A stretch of DNA of 4,124 bases, from NCBI RefSeq assembly GCF_003334785.1, contig NZ_QOWV01000049.1. One strand, written 5' to 3'. Origin of the DNA: Escherichia coli (GTDB lineage: Bacteria; Pseudomonadota; Gammaproteobacteria; Enterobacterales; Enterobacteriaceae). This document shows positions 1 through 4,047 of the stretch, in pieces. The notes beneath the pieces were generated by a model. It searched no databases. It saw only the letters and a program-made list of their open reading frames with translations, and had not been told where the DNA came from. Every line of letters starts with the position of its first letter. The stretch's first letter is position 1. The position numbers were made by a program, and so were the translations under genes.

Positions 1-61
1 AGAAAATATCCGGCGGGTTCCGGAGCGCCAGTCTGTAGGTTTATCCATCAATAGAACTCCG

Positions 62-100
62 TCTAATTTAGAAGGAGCTCTAATTTAGTCTGCAAGGAGC
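62..100. repeat. Short interleaved direct repeats: TCTAATTTAG (62-71, 79-88) and AAGGAGC (72-78, 94-100)
   Basis: Read directly from the sequence: gTCTAATTTAG-AAGGAGC-TCTAATTTAG-tctgc-AAGGAGC-agg. The two TAATTTAG copies place TAA/TAG stops in all three + frames (64, 69, 81, 86). AAGGAG is a perfect Shine-Dalgarno core, but no start codon follows at a usable distance. Confidence 0.6.
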
Positions 101-475
101 AGGTGTTACAGACGGCATTGGCTTTACGCTTACAATGGCTTTAAAGAAACCTTCAAAGTTCGTCCGCAGGCAACCGCCGGTGTATCCTGGCACAATGACC
201 TGTTTACCACTGCTCTTGACATTGATCTGACTCCTGCCAGTGGCTTCACTTCTGACAGCAAACGTCAGTTTGCAAGTGTTGGTGCTGAATTTAACGCATG
301 GAAATGGGCGCAATTGCGTGCCGGTTATCGTCAGAACATGGCATCAAACTCCGGAAGCGCCTTCACCGCTGGCGTTGGTATCTCTCCATTTGACGTCGTA
401 CATATCGATGTTTCCGGCCTGGTAGGAACTGACCACGATTACGGTGCAATGGCACAACTTCAGTTCACTTTCTGA
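89..475 (+). pseudogene. 3' fragment of an outer-membrane beta-barrel protein gene, with no start codon or signal peptide. Possibly the TraF_2-like putative OMP family, but this is unverified.
   Basis: Frame 2 is open for 128 codons from 89 to TGA 473-475. It has no ATG/GTG/TTG before TTG 314, which explains its absence from the ORF track. The translation ends ...LRAGYRQNMASNSGSAFTAGVGISPFDVVHIDVSGLVGTDHDYGAMAQLQFTF*. That tail has alternating hydrophobic residues and a terminal Phe, which is the classic BAM beta-signal. A strong terminator follows. Upstream of 89 all three frames are closed by stops, and beta-strand-like sequence (GAGVTDGIGFTL) sits in frame 3 at about 95-130, suggesting a frameshift. 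The family name is from memory only. Confidence 0.5.
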
Positions 476-487
476 TTACTGTCCCCG

Positions 488-515
488 CCCCCGGCACTAA
501 ACCCGGGGGTATTTT
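488..515 (+). terminator. Rho-independent terminator downstream of the beta-barrel remnant
   Basis: A 7-bp all-GC stem, CCCCCGG (488-494) paired with CCGGGGG (503-509), has an 8-nt loop and is followed by TATTTT (510-515). It lies 13 nt after the TGA stop. Confidence 0.7.
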
Positions 516-534
516 CATATTCAGTTTAAATAAC

Positions 535-1119
535 ATGATGAAACCACGTTCTTCTTATTCAAAAACAGCATTCATTCTTTTATTTTCTGTTTTCCTAGTA
601 GCGGCAGTGACAAAAGCAAAAAGCTCGCTTCCCGATATCACCCTGGAACAGGCAAAAGAAATTAATGCTGATAACACCGTTATTTTCCTTTTCCGCCATG
701 GAGAACGTTGCGACCGTTCAGATATGCCCTGCTATTCGGATAAGAGCGGAATCACTATTACCGGTACAGAGAAAGCACAGCAGGAAGGTATTAAGTTCGC
801 AACAATCTTCAGTGAATATGATATTTACTCCAGCAATGCAGTAAGAACCATACAAACTGCAAAATTCTTCTCCGGTAAAGAACCCGTCGTTATGGACAGT
901 TTATCAGACTGCAATAATGATCTTTATAAGACGCTTGAATCAATCGCAAGAGAATCTCATAAAAGGAACATAGTAATAATGACACATAATCATTGTTTAT
1001 CATTTCTGGCCAGAGATAGGCTCGGCAAGAAATTCAAACCGGCGTACCTTGATGCCCTGATCATGCATTACGATGGCACCCGGCTCATACTTGACGGAAA
1101 ATACAACAAAGAGGCATAG
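535..1119 (+). CDS. ais: Secreted histidine-phosphatase-superfamily protein, a paralog of Ais/PmrG (lipopolysaccharide core heptose(II)-phosphate phosphatase)
   Basis: The 194-aa ORF has an N-terminal signal-like segment (MMKPRSSYSKTAFILLFSVFLVAAVTKA). It carries the catalytic RHG motif in FLFRHGERCDRS. Long blocks match my recollection of E. coli Ais: DKSGITITGT, YSSNAVRTIQ, NIVIMTHNHCL, FKPAYLDALIMH, LDG. I estimate about 45-50% identity by eye, so this is a divergent paralog rather than the chromosomal ais allele. The SD is poor and ATG 538 is an alternative start. Confidence 0.85.
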   Translation: MMKPRSSYSKTAFILLFSVFLVAAVTKAKSSLPDITLEQAKEINADNTVIFLFRHGERCDRSDMPCYSDKSGITITGTEKAQQEGIKFATIFSEYDIYSSNAVRTIQTAKFFSGKEPVVMDSLSDCNNDLYKTLESIARESHKRNIVIMTHNHCLSFLARDRLGKKFKPAYLDALIMHYDGTRLILDGKYNKEA

Positions 1120-1513
1120 AGGATATTTGAATTTACATAAATTCTGATATACTCAGTAAGATACAAGAGTGTACGGGCACATGTGCCTGTCTGAATTGCA
1201 GGTTATCCGGACGAGGGCCGGGAACTGTTTCAGGGACAAGCGCCGGTACGTTTGATTCATAAATCGTCGAGTCATCCATCATGGATCGATTCGGCGCGGA
1301 GCGTTAAAGATTACGCTCATATTCGTTTTATGTCTGACGACACATCAACCAGCCAGTATCAGGAATAATCACCTTCAGTAAACTATGAGGCTATTTACCT
1401 GGCCACACTGGCATTTATTTCCGGTAACGCAAGTATAGCCGGAAACAAACATCATCCTGTCTGTACCGGAGCACCGGTATATCCCATTCTGATTTAACTG
1501 CTCAGGAATTATT

Positions 1514-1669
1514 ATGAACCGTATTATACCTGCGGGGTGTCTTGCCGCCCTTTTTCTGGCTGGCTGCAACTCCCCTTCTCAGAATACTCCTGTTCCGCGT
1601 AACTACGGTGCTGCCTCTGATGTGGCGGTTAACGCTTGTCGCGTGGTATCAGACCTTTGCCACTGCTAA
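1514..1669 (+). CDS. Short lipoprotein-leader ORF (51 aa), probably the 5' fragment of a lipoprotein gene
   Basis: ATG 1514 is preceded by AGGA (1504-1507) at 6-nt spacing. The translation is MNRIIPAGCLAALFLAGCNSPSQNTPVPRNYGAASDVAVNACRVVSDLCHC*. It has a positively charged n-region, a hydrophobic core and lipobox L-A-G-C (Cys18). It falls below the ORF-track length cut-off and overlaps the 5' end of the 409-codon ORF in another frame. Confidence 0.45.
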   Translation: MNRIIPAGCLAALFLAGCNSPSQNTPVPRNYGAASDVAVNACRVVSDLCHC

Positions 1670-2771
1670 CCAGCGTCTGGCAGAGCTGGCTGACAGAGCT
1701 CCAGCTGTAACTTCAATGTCATCACTTGGGGAAGTTGGCGATACTGATTTATTTAGTGCTGTTATGGGGGCATACAAGACTCAATTGCAGAATTCAACTT
1801 ATACCCCACCTTTAGGTACTATAACTTCAGCAGACGAACAACTACTTTCAAAAACAAGCACGCCACAAGATGCTTTAATCAAGCCCACAGAGAAGTTTGG
1901 GCAATGGCTTACGAACAATATTGCCACCGAGTGGACTGATTCGGGTACAAGTAGCAATCAAGTTAATCCACTGATAAAAATGAAAAATATTGGTGATAAA
2001 ACTATGGTCGCTGCAGAGGGTATTTGGATTACTTATACATCTGCTAGAGTTATTACTTCAGGAACTGGGAGTTCTATATTTGGTAAATTCATAGATTTGA
2101 CGACAAGTGCTATTTCAACACTAAATGCCTTACTTGAGGCCTTAGCGCCCCCCGTATACTTTCTGTTACTACTGCTGTTTTGTGCAGGATTCTCTTTATC
2201 TATTTATTTACCATTTATTCCGTTTATTTTCTGGATGACTGGGATTGGTAACTGGGTCATTAGTGTATTAATCGGATGTACAGCTGGACCTCTGTGGGGG
2301 GCAACTCATCTAGGCACATCACAGGACAGAGGGAGTCGTGCTGCCTACGGTTATATATATTTAATAGACAGCATGATAAGACCACCTATCATGGTTTTCG
2401 GATTCTTTTTTGCCTCTGTAGCCATTATAGCAATAGGTACTATATTAAACTTTTTATTCGGTGCTGCACTGACCAATGTACAAATAAGTTCATTTACAGG
2501 TATATTTAGCCTCGCAGGTTTCTTACTTCTTTATGCTAGAAGTTGCACAACAATTGTAGCCGCAGCATTTGCCTTACAAGCATACCTCCCAGACCATGTA
2601 ATTAATTTCCTAGGAGGACGTGATGGTGTAAACACGCTTGGGAATATGGCTGGTTCAATAAAAGAGATTTTTGCTGGCAGCAATAGAAACATAAGACACG
2701 CACCTAATATAAGAGAGGAGCAAATTAAAAGGATGAATAACGACAACAATAAGGATGGAATAAAGGGATAA
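1542..2771 (+). CDS. traY: DotA/TraY-family (IncI / type IVB conjugation) integral membrane protein, N-terminally truncated. Only the C-terminal roughly half of a full-length protein is present, and the 5' about 150 nt are probably not native coding sequence.
   Basis: The 409-codon open frame begins at a TTG with no SD. The first ATG (1620) also lacks an SD. From about residue 45 onward the sequence looks protein-like, with a Ser/Thr-rich soluble region. At least 4-5 hydrophobic spans follow: VYFLLLLLFCAGFSLSIYLPFIPFIFW, NWVISVLIGCTAGPLWGA, PPIMVFGFFFASVAIIAIGTILNFLFGAAL and FTGIFSLAGFLLLYARSCTTIVAAAFAL. The ORF ends in a charged tail. The architecture and the PLWGATHL...RGS..AYGY..L......RPPIMVFG region resemble my memory of the DotA/TraY family (TIGR04346). 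The position just upstream of an ExcA-like gene fits IncI synteny. Full-length TraY proteins are much longer, about 700+ aa. Confidence 0.55.
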   Translation: MPPFFWLAATPLLRILLFRVTTVLPLMWRLTLVAWYQTFATANQRLAELADRAPAVTSMSSLGEVGDTDLFSAVMGAYKTQLQNSTYTPPLGTITSADEQLLSKTSTPQDALIKPTEKFGQWLTNNIATEWTDSGTSSNQVNPLIKMKNIGDKTMVAAEGIWITYTSARVITSGTGSSIFGKFIDLTTSAISTLNALLEALAPPVYFLLLLLFCAGFSLSIYLPFIPFIFWMTGIGNWVISVLIGCTAGPLWGATHLGTSQDRGSRAAYGYIYLIDSMIRPPIMVFGFFFASVAIIAIGTILNFLFGAALTNVQISSFTGIFSLAGFLLLYARSCTTIVAAAFALQAYLPDHVINFLGGRDGVNTLGNMAGSIKEIFAGSNRNIRHAPNIREEQIKRMNNDNNKDGIKG

Positions 2772-2787
2772 TAACTTAATATATGAC

Positions 2788-2816
2788 TTGCCATATACAC
2801 TTGGAGAGATTAAAAT
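2788..2816 (+). promoter_or_regulatory. Sigma70-type promoter candidate for the 204-aa ORF
   Basis: TTGCCA (2788-2793), then exactly 17 nt, then TAAAAT (2811-2816). Each hexamer matches the consensus at 5 of 6 positions. The candidate lies in the 75-nt gap after the traY-like stop, about 20 nt upstream of GGAGG (2833-2837) and ATG 2847. Confidence 0.5.
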
Positions 2817-2846
2817 ATCAAAAAGTGTTTATGGAGGTCATATATA

Positions 2847-3461
2847 ATGATTGGAGCATATGCAAACCGTGGCGGCACCCATTCTAAAAAAGAAACATGC
2901 GTGATCGCATTCGCGCTTTTCTACATTATTTTCGCCGTCCCATTACTAATCATTTGGAATACACCTACCAGTTGGGGACTAGCAGTAATCCCAACTGGAT
3001 TCCTACTATACTCCGGATATAAAAATGGAAGAAAGAAAAGAGCAATCGTAAATAATATCCTAGAACAGATAAAGACTGAATATCATGATGCATTCGATCC
3101 AGACCCATCTTACGAACACAAATCAATATCATCATTATATTTCGGAATTGATATCAAAAAAGGTACTGCGTTATATATTCGGCTTTACCCCAATAAAACA
3201 TTAGATGTCATTGGCATTGATATTGATAATTTTACACGGACAGTAGTAAGAGAAAACTGTATGGAAATACACACAAAGTATGTCAATATGCCAATGTTAG
3301 AATTGCCTATTGGTGTTAACTCTGCTCGTTCTATTGCAAACACATTGCACGCAATGGCAAGTCGAGGATATGATTACCCTGTCGACTTTCCTCGCCTGAT
3401 TCAGGAAAAGCGTAAGGAGTGGGAGCAGATTGCAGGTATGCCTGTAGCTGAAGTATTTTAA
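2847..3461 (+). CDS. Two-TM inner-membrane protein with a cytoplasmic C-terminal domain. It is a candidate ExcA-like entry-exclusion protein, assigned by position only.
   Basis: The 204-aa ORF has a strong SD (GGAGG, 9 nt before the ATG), its own promoter candidate and its own terminator. Two hydrophobic helices are present, CVIAFALFYIIFAVPLLIIW and WGLAVIPTGFLLYSGY. Basic residues flank them (HSKKE before, KNGRKKR after), so both termini are predicted to be cytoplasmic. A soluble domain of about 140 aa follows. In IncI1 plasmids the gene immediately 3' of traY is excA. I cannot confirm sequence similarity to ExcA. Confidence 0.8.
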   Translation: MIGAYANRGGTHSKKETCVIAFALFYIIFAVPLLIIWNTPTSWGLAVIPTGFLLYSGYKNGRKKRAIVNNILEQIKTEYHDAFDPDPSYEHKSISSLYFGIDIKKGTALYIRLYPNKTLDVIGIDIDNFTRTVVRENCMEIHTKYVNMPMLELPIGVNSARSIANTLHAMASRGYDYPVDFPRLIQEKRKEWEQIAGMPVAEVF

Positions 3462-3481
3462 GATAAGCAGCCTCCATAACT

Positions 3482-3510
3482 GCCGGTTCAGATGAGCCGG
3501 CTTTTGTTTG
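3482..3510 (+). terminator. Rho-independent terminator after the 204-aa ORF
   Basis: Stem GCCGGUU (3482-3488) pairs with AGCCGGC (3495-3501). It is 7 bp including one G-U pair, with a 6-nt loop, and is followed by TTTTGTTTG (3502-3510). It begins 21 nt after the TAA stop. Confidence 0.75.
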
Positions 3511-3558
3511 CAACAACACATAGCTTATGCCGTATTAAATAAACCCAAGGACCTATTT

Positions 3559-3753
3559 ATGGCAAAAACAAAACAGGAATGGTTATATCAGTTACGTCGC
3601 TGTTCCAGCTTAAAGACACTTGAGAAAATTATTGCTAAAAACCAGGGCACTTTGGCCTCAGATAAAATAGAAGCATTCAACTCTGCAGTTGATCATCGCC
3701 TTGCGGAACTGACAATGAACAAATTGTACGACAAAGTACCAGCTTCTGTCTAG
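3559..3753 (+). CDS. hha: Hha/YmoA-family haemolysin-expression-modulating protein (H-NS co-regulator), with the C-terminus shortened by TAG at the conserved Trp position
   Basis: The translation [64 protein letters not shown] matches Hha/YmoA (...RLRRC.TIDTLERVIEKNKYELSD.E...[22 protein letters not shown]..VW....) across its full length. An AAGGA SD (3546-3550) lies 8 nt before ATG 3559. The track's TTG 3508 start lies inside the upstream terminator and is rejected. Confidence 0.9.
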   Translation: [64 protein letters not shown]

Positions 3754-3772
3754 AAGTACGTAAAATAACGCC

Positions 3773-3805
3773 AACAAAAAGAGCAGGAAATCCCACACCT
3801 GCTCT
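3773..3805 (-). terminator. Rho-independent terminator oriented for minus-strand transcription
   Basis: An 8-bp stem pairs AGAGCAGG (3780-3787) with CCTGCTCT (3798-3805) around a 10-nt loop. The U-run lies on the minus strand only: the complement of CAAAA (3775-3779) plus flanking bases reads TTTTGTTGG. On the + strand the hairpin is followed by CATTCC, which is not U-rich. Confidence 0.5.
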
Positions 3806-3976
3806 CATTCCTGAATAAACATATCCAATATATTCCAATGCGAAGAAATAATCTCCGTAGAAACACCCATGAGAAAAATATCATATGGGAGAAAATCGCA
3901 ATTATCACAGCCAGTGCATTCATTATTTTCGCTGTGCTCTGGCATTAATTATTTTCAACATAAAAAGGAAAAAATA

Positions 3977-4047
3977 ATGAATCTGGTAGACGCCTTTGTC
4001 AAAAAAGTAATATCCGGGCCATATAAAGAATATGGAAAATGGTGGAT
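3977..4047 (+). pseudogene. 5' stub of a small hypothetical gene interrupted by the IS insertion
   Basis: ATG 3977 is preceded by AAGGA (3965-3969) and encodes MNLVDAFVKKVISGPYKEYGKWWI. The reading frame then runs straight into the IS terminal inverted repeat at 4048. The remaining residues of the track ORF (…EPPRVSWRVFYL*) are IS sequence. The part of the track ORF upstream of 3977 has no SD and looks non-coding. Confidence 0.35.

Noticed and set aside
80-313. 77-aa minus-strand ORF from the track
   Set aside because: It lies entirely antisense to the frame-2 beta-barrel reading frame, which has a clear OMP C-terminal signature and terminator. It has no SD, and the sequence (Cys/Arg-rich, no motifs) looks like an antisense artefact.
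240-425. 61-aa + strand ORF (GTG start) from the track
   Set aside because: It is out of frame with, and nested in, the much more protein-like frame-2 OMP remnant. It has no SD and no recognisable features.
476-534. Search for a PmrA box or sigma70 promoter upstream of the Ais-like gene
   Set aside because: Only about 20 nt separate the terminator from the ATG. I saw no CTTAAT-type direct repeat and no convincing -35/-10 pair, so no regulatory feature is claimed.
1195-1497. Frame-1 open stretch with a single internal TAA, a possible pseudogene
   Set aside because: It has no start codon and no family recognised. About 100 codons with one stop in roughly 50% GC DNA is not statistically compelling across six frames. 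It is kept only as a note inside the intergenic finding.
1375-1569. 64-aa minus-strand ORF from the track
   Set aside because: It is antisense to the well-signalled lipoprotein start and spans apparently non-coding DNA. It has no SD, and the sequence is Cys/Arg/Gly-rich and low in information.
1542-1619. TTG-initiated N-terminal extension of the TraY-like ORF, read as genuine protein sequence
   Set aside because: There is no SD. The residues (PPFFWLAATPLLRILLFRVTTVLPL) are the +1-frame reading of the lipoprotein leader ORF. The feature coordinates are kept as the maximal ORF, but this part is probably not native coding sequence.
2276-2509. 77-aa + strand ORF nested in the TraY-like gene
   Set aside because: It is an alternative frame inside a hydrophobic-helix-coding region, with no SD. 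Its Cys/Arg/Tyr-rich composition is typical of an off-frame read of AT-rich membrane-protein genes.
2531-2800. 89-aa minus-strand ORF, hydrophobic
   Set aside because: It is antisense to the TM-rich 3' part of the TraY-like ORF. Antisense frames of TM-coding DNA are often spuriously hydrophobic. Its start would sit within the -35 element of the candidate promoter for the next gene, and it has no SD.
3297-3521. Two overlapping minus-strand ORFs (74 aa and 62 aa)
   Set aside because: Both are antisense to the 3' end of the well-supported 204-aa gene and run through its terminator. Neither has an SD or motifs.
3508-3545. Possible hha promoter (TTGCAA ... TATTAA)
   Set aside because: The spacing would be 19 nt and the -10 element would sit only about 8 nt from the SD. 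That is too weak to call.
3508-3558. N-terminal extension (TTG start) of the Hha-like ORF
   Set aside because: The TTG lies within the U-tract of the upstream terminator. ATG 3559 has a good AAGGA SD and gives a protein collinear with Hha/YmoA from its first residues.
3869-3976. Upstream part of the 72-aa track ORF (MRKISYGRKSQ...)
   Set aside because: ATG 3869 has no SD. The internal ATG 3977 does have one, and the 3' end of the track ORF (4048-4087) is IS inverted-repeat sequence, so the 72-aa product is a chimeric artefact.
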